Shown here: positions 39,782 to 49,988 of the stretch, piece by piece
How the letters are laid out: each line of letters starts with the position of its first letter
Position numbering within the stretch: position 1 is the stretch's first letter
From: a virus
Lineage: Duplodnaviria > Caudoviricetes
Virus record (IMG/VR): IMGVR_UViG_3300033802_000250
Direction: 5' to 3' (one strand)
Length of the DNA: 64,000 nucleotides
The notes under the pieces: model-generated
Told to the model about the DNA's origin: nothing
Database searches by the model: none
Seen by the model: only the letters and a program-made list of their open reading frames with translations
Made by a program: the position numbers and the translations under genes

Positions 39782-41566
39782 TTAATAGCCGTCATCTTCA
39801 TCTTCCCACAGATCGTCTCCGGGGTCGATCATGGCGGCACTTTGGGCGTTCTGAACAACCTGCGCAACCGCCGAGCCATTATTGCTTTTCGGTTGAGGTT
39901 GCGGATCAAATTTGTCTTTGTCTTTGATGATGTTGAAGATTTTCTCGGCGTTAGCTTCGTCCAGATCCGCTACGGACGAGATTGTCGTGATACTATCACT
40001 GAACGGCTCAACGCCTCCACGGGACGCCCATCCGTCGATGTTGATCAGGACTGTGGTGACGAAAAACTGCTTCTCCTCTTTCACCTTCTTAAAGTGATTA
40101 AGGAACTCTGGACTGACCGCCGCCTGACCATCGGTGATAAACAGAATGTCGCCCTTCTTGTACAACGAGTCTTCCAGACACTTCAACGCCCGTTCCAGCG
40201 GCATCATGAAGTTCGTGCCGCCATCAGCATTCATCTCGGCGATGTCGAGAACGTCCTGCGGATCGAGTTCACCAGCACGGATGTCCTTGGTCTGAAGCAC
40301 CTTGTCTTCATACGGGATATAAGCGAAATTTCGCTTCTCCTTCTGTGCGATTTCCAGCGTCGCAAGCGTAAGTGCGGTTGACCAGTCATCCTTGATGCCC
40401 CGCATGGAGCCGGACTTGTCATGACAGACAATGATCGGCCCGCGTCCGACGGTCTTGTTGTCTTCCTTCTTGTAAACCATCAGTTGCTTTTGATGATACC
40501 GCCGCATGAAGTCCTTCTTCATCACCGGATGTGTGAGCTTGGCAAGTTCGCTCGGCATGATGTTCTCCAGCTTGTTTCCGAGTTCAACCGTCTTGATCTC
40601 GTGACCATCCGGGATCCGCTTTTTCTTCTTGCGCATCGCCAGTGCTTTGAAACGCCCGATCAAGTCCGTGAGGTCTCTGAGCCGTCTGGAACGCCGCACC
40701 CGTTCGATAGCCTTCTTCCGCTGATCGAGGCTGATCTTGCGGTCGTGCGAGCCTTCGCCGAACCCCCACGCCTCAATGATGTCTTTCACTTCGCCAACCT
40801 GCACCGCCGCCGATTTGGTAGCCTGCTGAACGGCCTGTTGCATACCCTGCTGAAGCTGTTGCTGGCCGATATAGTTCTGCTCGTACGCTTCCACAATATC
40901 GTTCCAGTCCTGCTTGAGCTTCGCAAGCTCCATTGCCTGCTTCTTGGTCAAGCCCGGGCCGCCGGGGCCATTGAGCGCCTCCAGCGCGTCGATTTGCGAT
41001 TGAATTTGCGACATCTTGTTGAGCATCTCAATCAGTTCACCAGCGTCCGCGCCGTCCACATGCTGGCCGGTCTGCAACTTCTGGAGATATGCTTGCTTGT
41101 ACTGCATGATCTTCTCCATCGCAGAAGTCTGGAGAACTTCCGTCCCGATGGCGGAGGCCAGCAGATCAAATTGCGTGTGCTTGCGGAGATTTTGATACTC
41201 CTCCGTCTCCAGCAGTTGGCCCATCAGCTTGTGGTTAAGTTGCGATTTTGCCATCACTTCGTCTTCGTCTTTCAGGTTGACGTTGTACTTGAACAGGCTG
41301 TTGAAGATATCCTCCGACAAATGGTCGAACGGAGCGTACTCCTGAAGGCCCGCTTCCAGATTGTCGGCCATTGCCGGATATCGCTGTACGCAATCGTGAT
41401 AGATTTCACGGTCAATTTCATTGAGGTCAATGGAGTTCGGCGAGAGTTTCGTCGTCGGGTCTTCCTTGAGCCCGAGAATCTCATGGATCTTCTTGCCTCT
41501 GGCGGGCGCTTTCTCGACGATCTCCTCGCTGTCTTCGAGTTCAAAATCCTTGTCCATTACGTTCAC
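39782..41566 (-). CDS. vWA domain protein (ViaA-like)
   Basis: MIDAS motif DKSGS, GGT, ITDG; ELG...PSELA motif. Confidence 0.9.
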   Translation of the reverse strand: MNVMDKDFELEDSEEIVEKAPARGKKIHEILGLKEDPTTKLSPNSIDLNEIDREIYHDCVQRYPAMADNLEAGLQEYAPFDHLSEDIFNSLFKYNVNLKDEDEVMAKSQLNHKLMGQLLETEEYQNLRKHTQFDLLASAIGTEVLQTSAMEKIMQYKQAYLQKLQTGQHVDGADAGELIEMLNKMSQIQSQIDALEALNGPGGPGLTKKQAMELAKLKQDWNDIVEAYEQNYIGQQQLQQGMQQAVQQATKSAAVQVGEVKDIIEAWGFGEGSHDRKISLDQRKKAIERVRRSRRLRDLTDLIGRFKALAMRKKKKRIPDGHEIKTVELGNKLENIMPSELAKLTHPVMKKDFMRRYHQKQLMVYKKEDNKTVGRGPIIVCHDKSGSMRGIKDDWSTALTLATLEIAQKEKRNFAYIPYEDKVLQTKDIRAGELDPQDVLDIAEMNADGGTNFMMPLERALKCLEDSLYKKGDILFITDGQAAVSPEFLNHFKKVKEEKQFFVTTVLINIDGWASRGGVEPFSDSITTISSVADLDEANAEKIFNIIKDKDKFDPQPQPKSNNGSAVAQVVQNAQSAAMIDPGDDLWEDEDDGY

Positions 41567-41574
41567 TTCCCTTC

Positions 41575-41612
41575 GTTACCATTAGTATCCCCAATGGTAA
41601 CACGTCTTATAC
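41575..41612 (-). promoter_or_regulatory. Repeated phage promoter motif
   Basis: GTATA-N6-GTTACC-N3-GGGGATACTA-N3-GTAAC. Confidence 0.7.
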
Positions 41613-41842
41613 AAATTGGTCGAGGCCCACTTCCTCCCTGCTTACGCCGCGCCGCGCGATGAATGTATATTGATCGGGCTGAATGATGCGCCGATCTTTG
41701 TACTTGCCACGCGCCATTTGGTCGCTCTCACCAAGCCGCCAACCGCGCAACGTAACGCCGCCGGGCGTCTTAATGACATGATCGACGTAATTCACCTCTC
41801 TCGCAAACGAAATCGGGGCCATTATGGCCCCGTGTCATGAAA

Positions 41843-43186
41843 TTACCATTTGCGCTGAGCCCGCTGAGTCTTGCGCAGGCACTCCTCGTTGATCTTCGCC
41901 ATCATGTCTTCGACTTGCTGGATCATCTTCTCCAGCGGTCGTGTATCTACACCCGCCTTGCGTGCTTCTTTGATTTCGTCCTCCATTTTTACGAGGATTT
42001 CCTGAAGCGTCGCATTTGCGGTGACGGCTTCGCCAGCCATTGCTGTGCGGTTGTCTGCCATCGAGAAGACCTTGTCGTGAACTTCCTGCGCCTTCTTGAC
42101 GTATTCCTTCAGCGTGTTTTCATGCGGATTCTTGTACTTGCCGACTTCCTTCTCGACATGTTCGATGTCGGCCTTGGTATTGCCGAGAATATACGTCACG
42201 GCTTGGAAGTCGTCGTTGTTGACACGCATCCGACCGTTCAGCAGGGCGTGCGCCATCATGGCGACTTGGCCTTTGTAATACCTCCGGTCGGAGACGCTGA
42301 TGCCGTAATTCTGATTCAGGTCACGGATCAGCCGGTCGTAATTGGCTTCGATCATCGCCGGAAACTCGACCATATGGACGACCTTCTGCATCGCGTCGAT
42401 TTCTTCGAGCGTGAGTTTCGTTTTGATCGTCTTCTTCTTGATGGTCGGGTTCTTCTCCTCCCGCGCGGCGCGGCCCATGAGAATCCGGTTTTGCGGATCC
42501 TTCACGTAGTCCACCCAATGCCGGAAGATAAACCGGTCGAAGAACGCATTGAGATCTTCGGTGTCCGGCAGTTCGTTCGATGCCGCAATCGCCAGACGGC
42601 GTGCGACCTTCACTTGCTTGCCGTCGTTGTAGAAGTAGCCTTCGTTCAGGATCGACAGCAGGTAGTTCAGCGCCGGTTCGTTCGACTTGAAGATTTCATC
42701 ATAGAACAGAACGTGCGCTTCCGGTGAGCGACCGGTCGTGATGCGGAGGAACTGGTCATTTTCCATCGCCTTGATCGAATACGGGCCGACGATATCGGAC
42801 GGATCGGTCGTCCGGTTCATCATCCACTTGAAGGCAACGCCGTCTTCGATGCCTTGTACCACGAGTTCCGCCAGTAACGTCTTTGCCGTTCCCGGCGGGC
42901 CGATGAGAAGAATGTTCTCCTTGGCGATGAGCGCCAGCATGATGTCCTTCACGACAGCTTCCCGCTCGAACACGCGGTCGCAGATTTCAGAACCCAAATC
43001 CTTCAGTTTATCGACCGCATCGAGCGCGAGTTGTTCCAACGCCTGATAGTTGACCTTCTTCTTTTTCTTCTTCTTGGCGCGGCGCTCGGGCACTTCGTCC
43101 TGTTCCTCCTGCTCATCGTCTCCGATAACGAAGTCGCCGTCGTTGAAGTCGAGTTCTTCTTCTTGCGCCAGTACGGATTTTGCCAT
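41843..43186 (-). CDS. MoxR-family AAA+ ATPase (RavA-like)
   Basis: GPPGTAKT, DEIFK, AASNELP and AFFDRF motifs. Confidence 0.92.
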   Translation of the reverse strand: MAKSVLAQEEELDFNDGDFVIGDDEQEEQDEVPERRAKKKKKKKVNYQALEQLALDAVDKLKDLGSEICDRVFEREAVVKDIMLALIAKENILLIGPPGTAKTLLAELVVQGIEDGVAFKWMMNRTTDPSDIVGPYSIKAMENDQFLRITTGRSPEAHVLFYDEIFKSNEPALNYLLSILNEGYFYNDGKQVKVARRLAIAASNELPDTEDLNAFFDRFIFRHWVDYVKDPQNRILMGRAAREEKNPTIKKKTIKTKLTLEEIDAMQKVVHMVEFPAMIEANYDRLIRDLNQNYGISVSDRRYYKGQVAMMAHALLNGRMRVNNDDFQAVTYILGNTKADIEHVEKEVGKYKNPHENTLKEYVKKAQEVHDKVFSMADNRTAMAGEAVTANATLQEILVKMEDEIKEARKAGVDTRPLEKMIQQVEDMMAKINEECLRKTQRAQRKW

Positions 43187-43207
43187 GATTGTAAAACCTC
43201 CCTGAGA

Positions 43208-43750
43208 TTACTTGTATTTCTCCCACACGCCGCCAAGCGTGTCCGGGCTGTCCGGTTGTACTTTCGGCTTTCTGACGTAGTCCTGAAGATCGAGCATCTT
43301 CACCGCTTCTTCAGCGGAGTTTTCCACGTTGTCGGGCTCATCGTCCCATTGAACAGGTTGGCTCGGATCAATCGGATCTTCGGGATTTGCCGAAATGTTC
43401 GTGTTGACGTTTTCGTTCATGCTTTTGACCAGATCCGCAAATTTCTGCGGGTCGAAATCCGTGCCGTGTGCCTTCTGCATGTTGCGTGCGACACTTTTGC
43501 TGACCGTCGGCACGATAACGATCAGGATGCCTGCGACGGCCTGATTGAGCCCAGCGAATTTCTGGTGAAACTCCTGCGCGTTTTTCGTGTTCAGCAAATC
43601 CTTGATGAGTTCGCGGATATGTGCATACAGCGCCCGGGACGGGCCGACATCCGTGTACTGCGCCAGCGTCACCAACTCCTGCTGAAGCCCGGCGATGAAA
43701 TTGTCGAGCTTCATCAGTTGCTTCTTGGCGATGTCAATGTTCTGCGACAT
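43208..43750 (-). CDS. Hypothetical protein
   Basis: 180-aa ORF. Confidence 0.7.
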   Translation of the reverse strand: MSQNIDIAKKQLMKLDNFIAGLQQELVTLAQYTDVGPSRALYAHIRELIKDLLNTKNAQEFHQKFAGLNQAVAGILIVIVPTVSKSVARNMQKAHGTDFDPQKFADLVKSMNENVNTNISANPEDPIDPSQPVQWDDEPDNVENSAEEAVKMLDLQDYVRKPKVQPDSPDTLGGVWEKYK

Positions 43751-44165
43751 GCTCTTGCACCCCCTCTACCGTGGTATCGCGAAATTTGCGAAGTTCTTTG
43801 ATAACGCGCCGCTTTCGCTCCTCATTGTCGAAGTTGTGGTTGTCGTTGATCGACTGAAGCTGTGCGAGGGCGTGAACATCAAAGCCGTACATCCGCTTCA
43901 TCTTCTCCATGATGGGTTTGTCTTCCGTGAATATACTGCTGACTTCCTCGTCATTGTATCTCCAAGGAATATCCGTATAATCGAGGTGTTTGCAGATAAG
44001 ACCGACGACACAACATTGCGTAAAATCCGGGACAATGCCGAATCCATCAGGATCTTCTTTATCGCCGAAGTATCGGTTGGCGATGAGCGTCACCGCGCCA
44101 CTTTCGATGTCGGCAATAAGTTTGTCAATATTGGCCCGCTGTTTAGCGGTTCTGAGGTATGGCAT
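43734..44165 (-). CDS. Hypothetical protein
   Basis: 143-aa ORF with GGGAGG RBS. Confidence 0.7.
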   Translation of the reverse strand: MPYLRTAKQRANIDKLIADIESGAVTLIANRYFGDKEDPDGFGIVPDFTQCCVVGLICKHLDYTDIPWRYNDEEVSSIFTEDKPIMEKMKRMYGFDVHALAQLQSINDNHNFDNEERKRRVIKELRKFRDTTVEGVQEHVAEH

Positions 44166-44179
44166 GTTGCTTCCCTCCC

Positions 44180-44216
44180 GTTACTCATAGTGTTACCAAA
44201 TGTAATGGGGTTATGC
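44180..44216 (-). promoter_or_regulatory. Repeated phage promoter motif
   Basis: GCATA-N5-ATTACA-N3-GGTAACACTA-N3-GTAAC. Confidence 0.7.
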
Positions 44217-44220
44217 ATCG

Positions 44221-44541
44221 TCAGTGAAAAATCATCAGCTTTCCAGCGCGGAGTCCGATGTCGTCAACCTCCGCCTCCTGAATCATCATCGACACGTCGA
44301 TGCTATATTCGGTGGATACATTGTACGCCAGAATCACAAGCGGCTTGATCGTCAGCGCCATTTTTCCATCGGCAGAGATCAAGTAGTGGTATCCATAGTA
44401 GCCGCCTTTGCCACGTTCGTCTACCATTTTCCCTTCACCGCGTCCGCTGGTAAAGAACTTGACGTTCGGTCTCCAGCCGTGTGCGAGGAGTTGGTCGATG
44501 ATCTGCTGACGCTTTTGTTCGATCTGCTCGCTCTCCTTCAC
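44221..44541 (-). CDS. Hypothetical protein
   Basis: GTG after AAAGGAGGG. Confidence 0.7.
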   Translation of the reverse strand: MKESEQIEQKRQQIIDQLLAHGWRPNVKFFTSGRGEGKMVDERGKGGYYGYHYLISADGKMALTIKPLVILAYNVSTEYSIDVSMMIQEAEVDDIGLRAGKLMIFH

Positions 44542-44566
44542 GATATCTCCCTCCTTTCGACACATC

Positions 44567-44584
44567 ATCTCGCGACAGCGAGAT
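44567..44584. repeat. GACA-loop hairpin motif copy
   Basis: ATCTCGC-GACA-GCGAGAT. Confidence 0.8.
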
Positions 44585-44592
44585 ATGGTCGC

Positions 44593-44937
44593 CTACTCGT
44601 CAGGTTCATCGTCGTCATCGAGTTCATCGTCGTTGCTGAGAATTTCGTTATGGTTCAGATCAATTTGGATCGTTTCGGTCGGCGGCCAATCAATGAAGAT
44701 GCCATGCTTCTTCCAGATCTCGCTCGGAACGTGTATCATCGCATCGCCCCAATTGAACCAGTTGTCGATGCTCTTGGCAACCTGTTTGCCTTCGTCGGTG
44801 CTGAGATATTCAGCAACCGCCGCCCGCATGGCCTTCTCAATTTGTTCGGCGCTCATATTCTCCTTGGCCCGCAGGAGATCCACATGGACAACATGCTCAT
44901 CCCTGCGGGTCAGGATAAATATCTTAGTTCCATTCAA
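44593..44937 (-). CDS. Hypothetical protein
   Basis: TTG start; FNWGD motif; TAG stop. Confidence 0.65.
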   Translation of the reverse strand: MNGTKIFILTRRDEHVVHVDLLRAKENMSAEQIEKAMRAAVAEYLSTDEGKQVAKSIDNWFNWGDAMIHVPSEIWKKHGIFIDWPPTETIQIDLNHNEILSNDDELDDDDEPDE

Positions 44938-47144
44938 CTGCCTTCTCCTCCTTCCGCTTTTTCTTCGACTTCTTGGCGATCTCGCGATGAACTTGTGACG
45001 ATGCCTCATCGTTTTCAATGACAAAGTCGAATGCGGCCTGCTTGTCCTTCAGCTTGGTGAGAATCTGCTCATCGACCATACCACGATTGATGAGGTTGAT
45101 GATATAAACTCTGTCGTGTTTGGAATCCAGACGACGAATCCGGTATTTTCGCTGTTCCCAAATAGCAGGCGTGTCCGGCAAGTCATAATTGATGAGATAC
45201 CGGCCCGCTTGCAGATTGAGACCAGTGGATCCGGCTTGGTTTGCAATCATCACACGACATCGCGGGTCTTCATTGAATTTGCGTTTGCGGCGGTCTCGTA
45301 CTTTGTCACTGAGGCCGCCGACGTAACGCACCGCCTTGGTGAACTCGCTGACCGCACGGTGCAACAGCACCGTCATCCGGCGGCTTTCTGTGAAGATGAC
45401 GACCTTGTGGCCGCTATCTACGATCTCCTGCACGAGTTCAATGCAACGCTCGAACTTCGGGATACTCATTTCGTCCTTGACCATGAAATCCCGGTATCGC
45501 TCGCGTGTCGCTTCGTTCGGAGACATCTTCCATAGGTTCGGATGGTTGCTGGCGATGCGGCGCTGGCTCAAGACAGACTTCAGCCGGTCGCCGATCATCT
45601 TCGCCTCCATCTTCTTGCCGGACTGAAGCAACTTGTTACGGGCGTCGATCAGTTCCTTCTGATACTTCAGAAGTTCCTTGTCAGCCTTCAATTGCTTCGG
45701 ATGCGGATCAATGTAAATGTCGTCTTCCACGATCTTCGGAAGGGACATCTCGATCTCCTTGTCGGTGCGCCGGATAAAGAAGTTCTGCGTGCGCCGCCGG
45801 AGTTTGTCGAGATTCTTGTACCCGACAATATCCTTGTAATCGTTCATCACACAGAACATGTCGCGGAAATCACGCCAGTTGCCGAAGATTTCTTCGTTGC
45901 CGGTGCGCACAATACCAAAGATTTGATCCGGGTAATTCGTAATCGGCGTGCCGGATGCATAAATGATGTACTGGATGCCTTTGTTGTAGCCTTTCTTGTG
46001 CCGCTTGGTGCGGGGCTTAATGAGCATCGTAGCCGCCTTGTTTGTCTTCGAGAGCTTGTTGTTGATGAAATGTGCCTCGTCGAAGATAATCATGTCGAAT
46101 CCGACTTTTTCAAAAAGGGTTTCATTTTGCTGAAGCGCCTGATAGCTGGCGATCATGAACATCGCATCGGAGTTCCTGAAGTTCTCGATGAACTGGCGCT
46201 TCTGTTGATCGACCGTTACCGATACTTTCCGCTTGCCGCGCACGGTTTTGTATTTTGCACGGAAGTCGGAAAAGACGACGGCTTTCTCGTAGGTGAACTT
46301 ATGCACCTCGTCGCGCCATTGTGTGCGAAGCGGTGCCAACACGATGCAGAGGACTTTCTTCACGAGCCCTTCCTGCTGAAGCTGTTTGGCGGCCATAATG
46401 CATTGAAAAGTTTTTCCTGTCCTAGATACCGTCCCTTTCGGGATACTTTAACACCGCTCGAAGCGGTCGGAGTAGACTATATCATCACCGCCGTAAGGCG
46501 GGCCGTGCGTTTCGATTTAAGGGGTTTTCACCCACCTGCCTATCGGCAGGCCCTACTCCTATTGGCTGTTTCCAGCCCGATGGGATAGTCGTTGAACCTT
46601 CCCCATATCCATTCGGACTTAGGGGCTTGGATGCGTGGTTGCCCAATCCCACTCATTTTTTATGGTTAAGCCGCATTCACGTTTACCTTTCGGTTCCGTT
46701 GTAGCAGAGTGGGCTCTAAGGGTGTTCCCGCAGTTAGCACGGTTTTACATGGGCTACATGAGTTTAACCCATGAGGTCTCCGAGGATGACGATACGGCGC
46801 TTCTTCATGCTGTAACACATGAAATTAGCACCGAACAACTGGAAGTCGTACGGAGGGAGTTTTAACCCTTCAATGGGCACCGGCTTAATTTTCTTGAAGA
46901 CCTTCGGTGGCTTCGGCGGATCAATGCCAAGGATTTCGTGTCTTGGTGTCTTGTAAATCAGTTCGCCGTAGAACTCCTCGTCGAGATCCTCTGCGGATTC
47001 AATCGGGAGAATCCAGTACGGATCATCGTCGCCGCCCCACCGGGCTCCGTCGATTTTGCGTATTCGTTTCTGGTAGGGGAGATAGTACGGGACTTTGACC
47101 TCCAGAAGATCATCGTCCCGTCTATCCACAAAGATTCCCGGCAT
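44924..47144 (-). CDS. SNF2-family helicase, join(47144..46767,46420..44924), about 624 aa
   Basis: Splicing restores Walker A GDLMG|TGKT; DEAH, SGTP, GLNLQ and QRKYRIRR motifs. Confidence 0.92.
46421..46766 (-). ncRNA. Group I self-splicing intron in the SNF2 helicase (346 nt, no ORF)
   Basis: P1 CAUGGGU/GCCCAUG with U-G at the splice site; P AACUGCGGGAA, Q GGCAACCACGCA, R GUUCAACGACUA, S GAUAUAGUCUA; terminal G. Confidence 0.93.
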
Positions 47145-47174
47145 AGAAAAACCTCCCGGTGTCGCCTACAACGA

Positions 47175-47864
47175 TTATTGAGTTGCGGCTGTCGGCAAGC
47201 CCAAACGCTGGCGCAATGCCGCAATCTCCGCATCGACGGCCTGTCTGCCGGTAAGCTTGTTCAGATCCGTCTGAAGTTGACGCTCCGAACGATACAGTTC
47301 CATCGACGCTTGCACCCGAGCTTCCATCGTGGAAACACGCCGAGCCATCCGCTCGAAGTTGTTCATCACGCTGGATATGTTGATCTTGCCCATCGTGCGA
47401 TGGAGTTGCTCAAGCGCTTTGGCCGACTCGTGGCGCGAGACCAGAATACGATGGTCGTTCTTCGCCTTTTCGTAGTCGGCGCGAAGTTGGTCGTACTGCT
47501 GACGGAATGCGAGCGTATTGGCCCGCGCCGTCTCGTACTGCTGTTTGAACGCCTCTGCCTTCTGAAGCAAATGGTGCTTATCCAGCAGACAGCGTTCTGC
47601 CAAGCCTTCGTCGCCCAGTTTCAGGGCTTGTATGGCCTGTTCATCGCGTTGCTTTGCCAATGCTTCGGCGTCCCGATACTCCTTCAGGAGCTGGTTTTCC
47701 ACCGCCATCTGCAAAGCGAGCGCGTCGTGAGCCTTTTGGATGTCACGGCCCAAGTCCCGGAGATATTGGTTCAACATGACCGTCGGATTTTCCGCGCGGT
47801 CGATGATGTCGTTTACCCTTCCCCGGAACACGTCGCGAATCCTTGAGAAGATGCCCACGGACAT
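47175..47864 (-). CDS. pspA: PspA/IM30 family protein
   Basis: GIFSRIRD..N.IIDRAENP..ML.QYLRD and AIQALKLGDEGLA patterns; coiled coil. Confidence 0.88.
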   Translation of the reverse strand: MSVGIFSRIRDVFRGRVNDIIDRAENPTVMLNQYLRDLGRDIQKAHDALALQMAVENQLLKEYRDAEALAKQRDEQAIQALKLGDEGLAERCLLDKHHLLQKAEAFKQQYETARANTLAFRQQYDQLRADYEKAKNDHRILVSRHESAKALEQLHRTMGKINISSVMNNFERMARRVSTMEARVQASMELYRSERQLQTDLNKLTGRQAVDAEIAALRQRLGLPTAATQ

Positions 47865-47875
47865 CGCCTCCTTTT

Positions 47876-48763
47876 CTATTTGGTTGTGACGAAGAACTCC
47901 GCCTTGAATGGATGCTTTATGTTTCTCGCTATCCATATACCACGCGACACTGTGAACTCCACGATTTTATCGTCGTAGTAGTATTCGGCGAAGTACATTG
48001 TATTTGAAGTGTCGTAGGGATCGACACCGGGAAACAATTGGTCGTAGATGACATTCATCAGCCTTCTGCGGTCTTTCCATTCGGACTTGTAGATGTTTTG
48101 AATCTGCGGATGATAAACAACGTCAAGGATAATGAACTGCGTATCCTGATCGTTGAACATGCCAAACCATATGAGACCATCATGATCCTTCGGGATCCGG
48201 CCCACCATGTGGTTCCAATGTCTGAACATATTTCTGGAGTTATAAGCGTCGAAGATCGTCCATCCGGCGCTGTTTGCCGCCGCATATACCAAACGCATAT
48301 GCGGAATCCGGTGAAGGATGAAATCGTCGCTCACCACAAATCGTGACCTAAACTCCGAATCATTCAGATGGGTGAAATTGATGGTTTTCATCCGGCTACG
48401 AAGGAAAGCACTCGTGCTAAGGTTGGAGTTGCCTTGACTGGTCTGGAATGATGAAGCCGGATTGTTCCCATTCAGTCCTTCGTCGTTTATCAACTGATAG
48501 CCTTTCTGCAACTTCGATCTTTCAATGGTACGAAGCTTTGCTTTGGCCGCATCGAAATTGCTAAAGGTGCCGTAATGGGTTCCGCGCAATGTAGAACCGT
48601 TCCGACCGTGAAAAGCCATGAGGTAAAAGTCATTCGTGGTCGGATCCTGAGCAATCTCAAGGATATACACCTTGTCACTGTTGCCGCTTTGATAATGCAA
48701 ATCCACGCGGCCTATGAGCTTGCTCGGGCTTAACCGCTTTGTGTATCCCGGTAGCCTCGGCAT
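47876..48763 (-). CDS. WGR-domain protein with possible degenerate ligase-like C-terminus
   Basis: NSDKVY, FHGRNG and SKLQKGY motifs. Confidence 0.75.
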   Translation of the reverse strand: MPRLPGYTKRLSPSKLIGRVDLHYQSGNSDKVYILEIAQDPTTNDFYLMAFHGRNGSTLRGTHYGTFSNFDAAKAKLRTIERSKLQKGYQLINDEGLNGNNPASSFQTSQGNSNLSTSAFLRSRMKTINFTHLNDSEFRSRFVVSDDFILHRIPHMRLVYAAANSAGWTIFDAYNSRNMFRHWNHMVGRIPKDHDGLIWFGMFNDQDTQFIILDVVYHPQIQNIYKSEWKDRRRLMNVIYDQLFPGVDPYDTSNTMYFAEYYYDDKIVEFTVSRGIWIARNIKHPFKAEFFVTTK

Positions 48764-48809
48764 ATCACATCCTCCTCAATAAGATAGGGGCCGCCTTGGC
48801 CCCGGTCGT

Positions 48810-48847
48810 ATTAGTATCAGTATTTCACCGTGTAACGGCAGATATAC
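48810..48847 (-). promoter_or_regulatory. Repeated phage promoter motif
   Basis: GTATA-N6-GTTACA-N3-TGAAATACTG. Confidence 0.6.
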
Positions 48848-48853
48848 AATTCT

Positions 48854-48869
48854 GCCCGTGACAACGGGC
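48854..48869. repeat. GACA-loop hairpin motif copy
   Basis: GCCCGT-GACA-ACGGGC. Confidence 0.8.
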
Positions 48870-49273
48870 TATTCGCCCTTCTCTTTCAGACCGGGGCGGA
48901 TGCTTACCCCATTTTCTTGTTGTCGCACCAAAGCGCGATTGATCGCTTCAACCATACAGGTTGACAAAACCACCATATCTTCGGCGTTGTCAAGTCCGCT
49001 TTCATTGAGAAGCGTCAGTACGTCGGATATGGTCTTGTTCATGCGATCCTGCTTCTTGCGAAGCTCGCTCTGGCTCCGGCATTGCGACTCCACGAATTTG
49101 TAGAACGATGATTGAATGATATCCGCAAATCCGAGAATGATGACGTTGAAATTGTGTTTATCAGGATCAAGGCGGTTCAGAATATCGTTTGCGTTTTTCT
49201 GCCGTTGTTTCCGGCTTAGAACATCTTTGATTTCCGGTTCCAACACAATTGTCACCCCGTTCACAATTGTCAT
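48869..49273 (-). CDS. Hypothetical protein (possibly leaderless)
   Basis: ATG lies 7 nt after TGTTACAAT with no Shine-Dalgarno. Confidence 0.6.
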   Translation of the reverse strand: MTIVNGVTIVLEPEIKDVLSRKQRQKNANDILNRLDPDKHNFNVIILGFADIIQSSFYKFVESQCRSQSELRKKQDRMNKTISDVLTLLNESGLDNAEDMVVLSTCMVEAINRALVRQQENGVSIRPGLKEKGE

Positions 49274-49441
49274 TAGCTCTATTGTAACAGAAACGGGGTG
49301 AATAGAAAACAAACCTCCTGAAGAAGAAAAAGGCTATTCGGAATATCATATTGAAATATGATGTTCCGATTAATAAACGCATTTGGAAATGCTACTTTGA
49401 TTTTCTCTAACATCTTCATCAAATCAAATTTTTCACATATA

Positions 49442-49744
49442 TTATCCATTGAACTCTCCTTGCTTATCTTTCAAATGATCGAAATAGCCGCGAATAACTA
49501 ATCCATTATCAAATTGCACATATCCTTCTGTTACACCATGACCACAGCAAGCATTTCTTACACCGTCCAAATTAGCAATACATGGATCGTGTCCTTCTGG
49601 TGTTTTAAATAGTCCACATTTTTTACATGGTCTTTGATGGTAAGTGTCTTGTTCATTGTCTGCATAACACCATCTATCACCTAAATAAATAATTTCGTGT
49701 CCCATATCATAACTTTTTGCAACCATAAAAACAAACACTCCCAT
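49442..49744 (-). CDS. Cys-rich phage hypothetical protein in an AT-rich island
   Basis: RPCKKCG..TPEGHDPCIANL..VRNACCGHG. Confidence 0.75.
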   Translation of the reverse strand: MGVFVFMVAKSYDMGHEIIYLGDRWCYADNEQDTYHQRPCKKCGLFKTPEGHDPCIANLDGVRNACCGHGVTEGYVQFDNGLVIRGYFDHLKDKQGEFNG

Positions 49745-49863
49745 TGCGAGTCAATCCTTGTATCTACCTTATAAATGTACATGTCCAATCCTATTGCTAT
49801 CTTCCCCCTTATTAATTGAAGATTTATTAATCATCCTTTTCAACATGATTTTCCGAATAGCCG

Positions 49864-49951
49864 AAAAAAGACCGTCAGTATGGCGACGGGGCACGCAGGA
49901 GGTCTAACGTGTGGCTCCCCGATTACTGACGGTCGATGTGAAAGGGTTCCT
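49864..49951 (-). ncRNA. Candidate small RNA with anti-Shine-Dalgarno loop
   Basis: TATAAT upstream; GACCGTCAGTA/TACTGACGGTC stem followed by T6; apical GACCTCCT. Confidence 0.55.
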
Positions 49952-49988
49952 CAATCACATTATACACCAAATGAGAGAAATGAATACA

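Noticed and set aside
44567-44595. GACA hairpins as SECIS/PYLIS-like recoding signals
   Set aside because: Two lie close after TAG stops, but most follow TAA or TGA stops or lie far from any stop.
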